54,184 bases of DNA from a virus (Duplodnaviria; Caudoviricetes), in IMG/VR virus record IMGVR_UViG_3300025168_000114, positions 1-54,184 of that record, one strand, 5' to 3'. The notes beneath the pieces were generated by a model that worked only from the letters and a program-made list of their open reading frames with translations, was not told the DNA's origin and did not search any database. Shown piece after piece: positions 30,901 through 35,875 of the stretch; within the stretch, counting starts at the first letter, position 1, and each line of letters begins with the position of its first letter. The position numbers were made by a program, and so were the translations under genes.

Positions 30901-31020
30901 CAAGCCACATTGTACTACGCCCTCAAAAAGATAGACGACAAATTGAAGAAGGCTACGGAAGAAGCCAAAGTAGGGAAAGACCCGATGGATAGGTACATTA
31001 AACTTAACGAACTTGATTAA
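21943..31020 (+). CDS. Giant polyvalent internal virion protein (ADP-ribosyltransferase domain, zincin metallopeptidase-like domain, HeH motif, helical C-terminal ejection region)
   Basis: 3025 aa; FKKWFGDSK...FHGT...FFT...GYDGVI...EYLVFDPENIKS (ART-PolyVal-like); LLHEIGH...EERF...FKKFKSW zincin; C-terminal ALYDW...MPFYRFW. Confidence 0.8.
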   Translation: MSKALSDQLRLIRKRRSALDAGDMDEYRRLSSDSYKLNDEEEVDTDLDTDLDATDVEPTDTEPVVEEVSSEEVPSSFPPAEPSSTTSLTPVPPPSVDRLETGEIPGEGSPTFTELAESEGAGAFRTAFAGFQDFLLDNAREGGERSAKPLDEQRGEIALGQMGNAAIAGLLASYSNPWSATAMALIALYPSMLKLSDDVLDTDFGERGVGFGGDPLDPTQWLGGLFLPRTVAQELQDHKDHKILNSYPSDSPEALAAAERLKVSERSSLIVEAVQSNNPGEVASGYTNDRAYAGDFSKAAENQPAGSDRQIKLLTMGTDLATANEAVRDRFSGLIDRDKISPIFLQTDLMGRGGESGVNISKTVRQLRALTIDRMRKEDPSLSADEIREKAARFVSKEVQAALGGHPFAQSYPIIDIGNDDAIEELMEMDEVWGDNYGELGALVAQSLQPFSAVMTPTKLSEKKTLLSPEQISTESTLMSGARLANIAASTMIAAGAKFDYYPVVGPWLAKMGIIDPDSAAPADPEEVLRWLSEGGDAIDAAPHFARAVYDHMYPDFVPGSDTWNEYAAVAMKKYPLWFQGVPILSTMLFEPDPISVAMGPLGKFAKMVGKSVKLQKLYKFQRILQEDAIPKLKALENELDPYVVKGHDAEGNPIQMYKDIPPELEAQQAEKIERVVKEILDGASDDPELQQVLQLNILRNLKANTATGVKEQWQASVKARRALKDLKAKTTKESGDAEKALGLELRSLESTSKAADAALDLTTNKLRSVAQGLRGVMPEFFEAEKLNTKAVNALSRKGLQTTIEKATQKALDATKEYEEIIFNSKQVLEQEASLFARLQAQKALLEQAQQIARAGLRINDEVVVQIGEAPIKGKFLRYEAVDALEKGPKRAFIQLATKDGPVVRHYDPKDVRFDYDGVINRLNPRHGKPVSTLGKQFRILAKEFFFGEIKGDFKAADGSIWVPARGLESLKEGQIVRWLDGGELKSIEEMTVKTKGTLEDGTDTATIFAGKKRKPSMTVTVPLDQVYTLKHRDVEAQLDVIVELTEARAVASAMHRGEEATEAAINAWYARNFKGFARDLKGEVKPLVEGDEVAAQGDVLDDIMYQGPATAGAATAEEAVEAARLWKELGTESPYFKKWFGDSKAVDFFGKPLSVFHGTSKGGFTEFAREEGMIHFFTRDRGQASTYAYGDAAIDLSEGRRKKRQRGIYDVYLRLRNPLVVEYSGRRWDDPRRHDFGQGPEEFDNIEDLAEAARDAGYDGVIAQNIIDYGEFKTKAVDEAVDQTKPTTEYLVFDPENIKSTANRGTFDETGRLLFQGADEPASVDDIVKVLFQEGDEGARMPWERGDPTTRVPELTAAAKKILAGTADAPTRAEYQKLIDEYKPVYPYTSVPAPATRADMVRGLSASDKKKVEKIDGAANLEAGTVVGLRLDIPAYKREKVWVPTIHRRATVIGHQAAAAVDNVKLTMGGTTALKIAAGEIAKTPFATIKGGWSPATTEDLVAEAEAALKSDDWVQVGMDPERHSFFYDRKTQQPLGSADRVIQIGPLVLAKNAKPLDPKLEARLLYQTEEESAKAAVQFVEDNKAILYAFEQADVSSLLHEIGHVFRRDLLRSGWQGKLDSDVLVRAFTTKDERHIGDTVTFDGGEGVGWTDLTKAGKTRTPEEMDKIQGKRSRKRKAALDKRARGLEDQSGPATWTVKSEERFTRAMEKYLATGRSPSLELDGVFKKFKSWMTEIYVKIRNSAIGRDVPKEVREVFDRMLTGAMTTEGYSSKNFNKARLKAMLDSRGILYKSKDTKKVLAKKLADDDLNRTAEYRRFSKRREDMAKQAAELANKTPQAVAKKLAPGLSALVKGMEDELKPLTTESNKVQNKVLSKLEKFDAARKKRNKAKQKLALRVAYEAQKVAKKLVKDKHGELIEFTGKASTAEAHLDKQLAKIDAASKKINGSNKVQDVRLAVEELNALAELMRVEGKLRPARRNLLKHPILKSVIRDRANDNWIVDPKEFVDAIDEFYVPGALDEFLATPEGAYLEPIVKVAREGGPRLTYNNDQMKALQLGIKKMEDAYREGHLAQGARAMYDQMWRSFRSGNFKTVRVPVPFSNMVKAEGVQVGVSGSATRFFWNLYKKWDPAYSKYGELSKQLAKNASRHERFLEHAMGDLHNVNMTNLDGDYLAAHIRYMDTTEAIDGRYGSTMVNTLGDGMFKEAQSFLKANITTTPKGKLILSNDFAGDYTEGLIRALERTFLPSPKFKLQPRISEAASKRLRPKVLELLSDDGMTYDKFLRELAKASNRTKFGRQDVRGITMASRALIDAAAWQHTIRAIANTSSAMLTPKEALQMTNFMAGEMDKVDDVAALWAAAGKLGMDLSEATVRPGVRHGQSEQARVKNLVRWNLDDGKILNPEELVEHNAKLEAKLTAQGLTPEQITPLLAASGVKVTDPRQVFIPEQMGQSLAEGNAKFIKELDVYYSAPKGFDPQRSIQKYVRMWKGLITSGLGLPRPKYYVNNMVGDFSQIWQTHGLSTAVKVSSQNVVTNIPYVGPRIQNVTSKMSEKFGGVPVLGTAVEAIFNPNIGRIFKGEEGVIKVGDETISLSTLRERLALDGVLDTFTAREVMANIDDAASELIGVMQKQSGLKMSDKVKAHFTRKVKSDLDAFAMQVQQRQRVGLYLELRKQGLNHDGAVKGVKDALYDWSGGFSKWEQGWVMGLFMPFYRFWKLAAKQMLQAGMEPFVMDSGEYMLKAMTGQTQLARMRAQSRILAGVPTWAAYQEAEEAEEGKASAAFEASILSSPWWKRPGMTSWGKAMTEDQKYFMLKHTGRKTDTIATAMSSPMTSAEMYSIAGYVSTSLLAAARAAGSEDEVFNGLRAWEQFKKYSTDIGGPVVEGLIGERRTAKSGYRRISPGQESALKLFGDFAQIHHDEDGRLVANNMAVTILDHLPILSSQWSDTANGWKWSQLFHGEEEVLKRFLYTLGHISGPVRDYPSDTQATLYYALKKIDDKLKKATEEAKVGKDPMDRYIKLNELD

Positions 31021-31100
31021 TTATGTGAGGTGGGTTACACCTTCAGCAGCCCCTAAGGGCAAAATCACTCAATAGGCCATAGGCCACCAGGAGTCACGAG

Positions 31101-31724
31101 ATGGGATCAGTCAATCCAAAATGGATAAACGCAGTTCAAAACCTTCCTTACGCGGAACGTCAACGAGTCACTAACTCTTCAGGATCAGAGATTGCCAAGT
31201 ACGCACTTGTCGAAATTGCTCCTAGTGGAACTGACGGAAACTATGGCAAGATCGCTGCAGCAGACCCTACTGCGCCCTCAGGGCACGGTAAACTCGGCAT
31301 CTGCCTTTACAAAACTATAGACGGCGCACGTACTGACATTGCTCCTTGGGCAATCATTCGTGACGTTAACACATCAGCCGCAACTACTGTTGGCGACCCT
31401 ATCTACCTTGCCGCATCTGGCGCATGGTCCGTTACCGCCACGGCTGCGCGGCGTGTCGTAGGCAGAGTACTTAAGAAGGACGCTACTGAAGGCGTGGTTC
31501 TACTTTCCCCGAGCACAGAGCAATCATCACTTATCGTAAGCGGTAAGGTGACCCTTAGCACTGGGGCAGCAACCGTTGCCCTCGGCACAGCGATGGCAGG
31601 GGCAACCGTTATTACCTCTGCTGCTACAGCAGGTAGCACAGCGACAGTCCACGCCTCAACAGGTGTGATGACGGTTGCGGGCACTGGCTCAGAAGTTGTT
31701 AGTTACATTGCTGACGGACGCTAG
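31101..31724 (+). CDS. Putative capsid decoration/fibre protein
   Basis: Ala/Thr/Gly-rich; VGDPIYLAASG...VVGRV pattern like cement proteins; AGGAG RBS. Confidence 0.55.
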   Translation: MGSVNPKWINAVQNLPYAERQRVTNSSGSEIAKYALVEIAPSGTDGNYGKIAAADPTAPSGHGKLGICLYKTIDGARTDIAPWAIIRDVNTSAATTVGDPIYLAASGAWSVTATAARRVVGRVLKKDATEGVVLLSPSTEQSSLIVSGKVTLSTGAATVALGTAMAGATVITSAATAGSTATVHASTGVMTVAGTGSEVVSYIADGR

Positions 31725-31726
31725 AA

Positions 31727-32167
31727 ATGCCCGTTGCTTTAGCAAAACGTACTTATGTGCTGACTCGGAGTGCTAGTACAATTGGGGAAACTGACTCAGT
31801 TGCCCTGACTGGACTAGGCCAAACGGGCAACATCGTTAAGTTCTCGATTAGACTGGACGTTACTAGCGACCGCGCTAGTGCAGGCATACTGTACATCGCA
31901 GACGCTCCAATCGCGTCCACAGCCTCCATAGCCAGCAAGGACCTTGTCTACCAGTCTGGGACTATAACCAGTCTTGTAGGCAGTGCTACTGCTGTGGCTT
32001 CTGCAAACGCATCGGGTGGTCTGGCAACGACGGAACTACCTAAGGGCCAGCCTTATGTGCTTAAAGGTACTCTACCGCTTAACGCTAAATTTAAAATCAC
32101 TGCGAGGACTGGTAGTGCATCAGCCTCCGTACTTTACTTAACTATATGGGCGGAAGTTCGCTCATAG
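31727..32167 (+). CDS. Putative virion beta-sandwich protein
   Basis: Ser/Thr/Ala-rich 146 aa ORF in the late operon. Confidence 0.5.
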   Translation: MPVALAKRTYVLTRSASTIGETDSVALTGLGQTGNIVKFSIRLDVTSDRASAGILYIADAPIASTASIASKDLVYQSGTITSLVGSATAVASANASGGLATTELPKGQPYVLKGTLPLNAKFKITARTGSASASVLYLTIWAEVRS

Positions 32168-32176
32168 GAGAATGAT

Positions 32177-32524
32177 ATGCCAGGATTAAACGAAATGCGA
32201 GACGAGGCTCTCAGCAAGTATGATGATGACCTCAATGAGATTGAAGCCCCAGAAGGTATGCACGAGATGCCTGACGGCGAGATGATGGCTGATGCCGAGA
32301 TGGAGGGCATGGAAGAAGAGGGTGCACCTGCTGCTGGCCCAGAGGGGATGGTCTCCGACATGATGATGAAAGCCGGTATCGAAGCTTCTCCAGAGCAAAT
32401 CTCAGAGTTCATGGGCCTTCTACAAGGTGCTGCTGAAGAGGCTATGGCCGCTGAAGGTGGCGGTGCTATGGAAGCTGAGGGTGCTGAGATGGGTGCTGAG
32501 ATGGCCGAAGAGCCTATGGTCTAG
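32177..32524 (+). CDS. Acidic Met/Glu-rich protein with HEMPDGEMM motif and degenerate shared tag
   Basis: AGGAG RBS; low-complexity M/E/A/G composition. Confidence 0.65.
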   Translation: MPGLNEMRDEALSKYDDDLNEIEAPEGMHEMPDGEMMADAEMEGMEEEGAPAAGPEGMVSDMMMKAGIEASPEQISEFMGLLQGAAEEAMAAEGGGAMEAEGAEMGAEMAEEPMV

Positions 32525-32535
32525 GAGGCTAGACT

Positions 32536-32787
32536 GTGGACCCTTTATCCACTGAGACACTAGAGATCCTCAGAATAATCGATACGTTCGGTTATTCTGG
32601 GGTTCTGGCCGTTGCCGCGATCTGGATCTCCCGTGTAGGCAAGAAAGCCTGTGAGCACATCCAGAACTTAGACCTAGGCCCTATCACCTTAGATGTCAAC
32701 CTGCGCCTCGAAGAGAGTGAGATTGACCAACTGCAGCGCAGGCTGAGTGAGGCTGAAGAGCGTCTTCTAGGTAAGAAGGAAGACTAA
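32536..32787 (+). CDS. Small membrane protein with C-terminal coiled coil
   Basis: Hydrophobic FGYSGVLAVAAIWI segment followed by heptad helix; GGAGG RBS. Confidence 0.55.
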   Translation: MDPLSTETLEILRIIDTFGYSGVLAVAAIWISRVGKKACEHIQNLDLGPITLDVNLRLEESEIDQLQRRLSEAEERLLGKKED

Positions 32788-32803
32788 ACCCGAGGGAGTT
32801 ACT

Positions 32804-33229
32804 ATGAGTGAGAAAGAAAACAATCCTAGGTTCTCCGCCGCGTTCTTGGCTGAGGAGGCGGAGGCTAAGAAAGACCCCGGCTGGGCCAAGGCGCACTACC
32901 AGATGAACCTTCTGGGTCCGAGAGAACCCAAACGCTTTAACTCCTATAAAGAACTGTCTCCACAGGAAGTTAGTCGAATAGCGCAAACGTGGGTCCTGAA
33001 TGACAATGACCGCCACCTGTATACCGAAATTACTGATTGGCCTAGCCTTAGGCGGCGGCTCGACGCTGAACTAAGGCAGCGGAGCGACCCACAGGCCGTG
33101 GAAAAAGCTGGGATGTTTGAAGAAGAAACTCCTATGAAGAAGGACAAGGATAAGCGTACCCTCTCCAGCCAGAGAAATGAGTACATAGACAAGACCTACG
33201 ATGAGGACTTGAACAAGAAGGAAGACTAA
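32804..33229 (+). CDS. Hypothetical protein with C-terminal shared tag
   Basis: Ends TLSSQRNEYIDKTYDEDLNKKED; GGGAG RBS. Confidence 0.7.
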   Translation: MSEKENNPRFSAAFLAEEAEAKKDPGWAKAHYQMNLLGPREPKRFNSYKELSPQEVSRIAQTWVLNDNDRHLYTEITDWPSLRRRLDAELRQRSDPQAVEKAGMFEEETPMKKDKDKRTLSSQRNEYIDKTYDEDLNKKED

Positions 33230-33576
33230 TGGCAACGCTTGCTAACAAACGCAATAAGTATCTCGACAAGACTTACAACAGTGACTTAAGCAAAAAGGTT
33301 AAGTCGTCAGTCAAACGGGCGGGAGTGTCGGGAGTTAATGACCCTAAGCGTACACCTAGTCATCCTAAGAAGAGCCATGTCGTCGTTGCAAAAGAAGGCA
33401 GCAAGGTCAAGACCATCCGGTTCGGGGAGCAGGGAGCCAGTACAGCAGGCAAGCCTAAGAAGGGGGAGTCCGACAAAATGAAGAAGAAGCGCAAGTCCTT
33501 CAAGTCCCGACATGGTAAGAACATCAAGAAGGGTAAGATGAGCGCAGCCTACTGGGCAGACAAAGAGAAGTGGTAA
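33229..33576 (+). CDS. Highly basic putative DNA-binding virion protein with N-terminal shared tag
   Basis: KKSHVVVAKEG...IRFG...RKSFKSRH...SAAYWA pattern recurrent in small basic viral proteins. Confidence 0.7.
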   Translation: MATLANKRNKYLDKTYNSDLSKKVKSSVKRAGVSGVNDPKRTPSHPKKSHVVVAKEGSKVKTIRFGEQGASTAGKPKKGESDKMKKKRKSFKSRHGKNIKKGKMSAAYWADKEKW

Positions 33577-33585
33577 GGAGTTATC

Positions 33586-33699
33586 ATGAAGTCCCTCTCC
33601 AAGAAAAGAAATGAGTACTTAGACAAGACCTATGACAAGGACTTGAAGAAAAAGAAGAAGTCCTCTAAGAAGAAGAAGTCTTCTAAGAAGAAGTACTAG
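33586..33699 (+). CDS. 37 aa poly-Lys peptide with shared tag (absent from the ORF track)
   Basis: AAGGAG RBS; MKSLSKKRNEYLDKTYDKDLKKKKKSSKKKKSSKKKY*; fills the gap between neighbours exactly. Confidence 0.8.
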   Translation: MKSLSKKRNEYLDKTYDKDLKKKKKSSKKKKSSKKKY

Positions 33700-34734
33700 A
33701 TGCCTACTCTCGCCAACAAACGTAACGAATACTTAGACAAGACTTATGATAAGGACTTGAAGCCTTTAGGTCCTGTAGAGGAAGAGGAAGAGCACACTGG
33801 TCCTCCGTTCACCTCCTTTGATCCCGAAGGCGAGGGCTACGATTACAAGACTGCTGAAGCGGCTGGACTTTCAGCGGACGAAACAGGGCATTGGCCGAGC
33901 CGAGTCCCAAGCACAGGTCAGATCCTCAAGGGGCAGAGTCATCCTACCTACCACCTAACCACCCAGGGGGAGGCAGACGCAGGGCACACCATTACTAAGG
34001 GTGCTGACGGGAAGTACTACTCCTACTCCTCAGTGGAGCCCGAGGAGTATAAGGCTGACGCTCCGGTTAAGGGGGTAGAGTCCCATCAGCGGTCGGGGGC
34101 GGCAATAATCGACCCCAATGACTCACTCCAGAACAGGACTGCCATCGATGGGAACACTTACGGAGTAGGTGACTACGTTGAGGGCCTCGGGAACATAGAA
34201 GACATTGACCAGTATGGTAACCCTACCATCCTCCCTGATGACCCAGAGCAGCCTGCCTACAGGCTAGGGCAGAGCGAAGTGGGACCAGAGGGTAAAGCGG
34301 AAGAGCCTGAGGAAGAGATAGCGGCAGGTAAGTTCCATGATGACGAAGAGATTGGTCTAGGGGAGTTGATATCTTGGATGCTGCCTTCCCCTGCTTGGAT
34401 GAAGCCTGGAGTGTCCTATCAGGGAGAGGAGCCTGATGAAGAGGACGCGCTGGCATGGATTAAAGACAACAGTCGTCCCATAGAGCCTGAAGAGGAAGAG
34501 CTACAGCATATGGTCGATAACGTGTATGCGGGCCTAACAGACGATCAAGTGAGTGATGCAGTAGAGAAAGACCATAACGACTCCACCGCCATTGACGGTA
34601 CATACTCTTCCAATGAAGATGGGTCGTGGACTCAGGACTATACTCGCCCCGATGGGCAGACGATTACTCTAAAGGGCTACGGTGAGGGAGACGACGAGTA
34701 TGCCACAGCGAATGTCACTGGGCTGTACCAGTAA
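33700..34734 (+). CDS. Acidic multidomain hypothetical protein with N-terminal shared tag
   Basis: MPTLANKRNEYLDKTYDKDL, then a GYDY...HWPSR...ILKG..HPT domain and acidic regions. Confidence 0.7.
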   Translation: MPTLANKRNEYLDKTYDKDLKPLGPVEEEEEHTGPPFTSFDPEGEGYDYKTAEAAGLSADETGHWPSRVPSTGQILKGQSHPTYHLTTQGEADAGHTITKGADGKYYSYSSVEPEEYKADAPVKGVESHQRSGAAIIDPNDSLQNRTAIDGNTYGVGDYVEGLGNIEDIDQYGNPTILPDDPEQPAYRLGQSEVGPEGKAEEPEEEIAAGKFHDDEEIGLGELISWMLPSPAWMKPGVSYQGEEPDEEDALAWIKDNSRPIEPEEEELQHMVDNVYAGLTDDQVSDAVEKDHNDSTAIDGTYSSNEDGSWTQDYTRPDGQTITLKGYGEGDDEYATANVTGLYQ

Positions 34735-34737
34735 GAA

Positions 34738-34791
34738 GACTAGGGGCTCAAGTGAGCGGGAAGGCAGGAAAACGCCCACGAACCCCTAGTC
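34738..34791. terminator. Long hairpin at the convergence of the two arms; probable terminator
   Basis: GACTAGGGG (34738-46) pairs with CCCCTAGTC (34783-91) with further imperfect inner pairing; U-tracts are weak. Confidence 0.55.
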
Positions 34792-34800
34792 ACTTGTCTT

Positions 34801-35874
34801 CTAACTCTCCCGAGCAGCAAGGGCAACGTGCTCCCACCCTTTTGGCAAGCCTTTTTTAAACTCACACGTTTGGATAATCACCATACAACGTGCGTGGTCT
34901 AGGCTTTTCGCTATACCGGCAGCCACTTCTGAGGTCAGCCCCCGGTCAGGAAGTACTACAGCAATGCGACTGTTACGCTGTATTTCTGCCACGGCACAGC
35001 CAATGGCAGCCGCGATACGGGCAGTCTCAGAGCCGCTAGAGGCAGGCACCAGTACCTTATCCTGCAGCCACCTACCGATAGTAGGAGTCTTGCCTGCTTC
35101 GATACGAACGCAGAGGTCAGGCACACCTTCAATCTTAGTGAGGTAACTGTTGATAGTCTCCTCTGCATGGTTCAAGTAAGTGCGGCAGTTCTCTGACATA
35201 GTATTTACCGCGTCGGCTAGAAGACTCTTAGCCTGTGCGCCCTTGGATACCTCAGCCGCTCTCCTCTCTAGCAGTAGGGGGCGGTTCTGGGAGAACTCAT
35301 CGAACTCATCGATAGTATCGATGGCAATCTCTAGGTTCTTAACCTTAGTAGATGACTCTCTCTTCAGTGAGCTCAGCATAGTTACAGCAGCGAAGAAGCG
35401 TTCGTAAGCGGTCTTCTGAGGCATACGCGACACAAAGGTCGCTAACTCCCCCCGAAGGTCGCTCAGGAGCCTCTCAGCGTCTTCCTGAGGCAATAGGTTC
35501 TGGTACAGGAATGTGTAGAACTTAATAGGAGACGAGGCCATGAACCCGTATACCTCAGGCACGATGAATCTGTACAGAGGGGCAGTGCCCTCACGCTTGC
35601 CGTCTCTCCACACAGCCTTGGTTCCATCCTCGAAGTGCAGGATAGAGTGTGCGTTCGCTGCACTCGGATGCTTCAGGGACATGACCATGCGCTTGGCCTT
35701 GGCCGCATCCCGTGCCCCGAACTCGTGGGCCTCCCCGCTTAATGCCAGTTGCATAGCGTGGATGATTGTTGTCTTGCCCGAAGCGGGGGGTCCGCTGACG
35801 ACCAGCTTATCTTCTACCGTGTAGGTTTTAGATGCGCTTCGGGTGAGGTTAGTTACTAGTTGAGTTGCCTTCAT
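34801..35874 (-). CDS. SMC/Rad50-like ABC ATPase with short coiled coil
   Basis: Walker A GPPASGKTT...ALSG, signature-like SSGSE, degenerate Walker B VVLPDRG. Confidence 0.65.
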   Translation of the reverse strand: MKATQLVTNLTRSASKTYTVEDKLVVSGPPASGKTTIIHAMQLALSGEAHEFGARDAAKAKRMVMSLKHPSAANAHSILHFEDGTKAVWRDGKREGTAPLYRFIVPEVYGFMASSPIKFYTFLYQNLLPQEDAERLLSDLRGELATFVSRMPQKTAYERFFAAVTMLSSLKRESSTKVKNLEIAIDTIDEFDEFSQNRPLLLERRAAEVSKGAQAKSLLADAVNTMSENCRTYLNHAEETINSYLTKIEGVPDLCVRIEAGKTPTIGRWLQDKVLVPASSGSETARIAAAIGCAVAEIQRNSRIAVVLPDRGLTSEVAAGIAKSLDHARCMVIIQTCEFKKGLPKGWEHVALAARES

Positions 35875-35875
35875 A

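Noticed and set aside
21943-31020. Giant protein as a virion RNA polymerase or tape measure protein
   Set aside because: I found no DxDGD or T7-type RNAP motifs, and there are no tail tube or chaperone genes; the domains fit a polyvalent ejection protein.
33158-33759. Spaced DNA repeats as a possible CRISPR array or DGR template/variable repeat
   Set aside because: Spacing is irregular, repeats are in-frame coding with synonymous variation, and no reverse transcriptase or cas operon is present.
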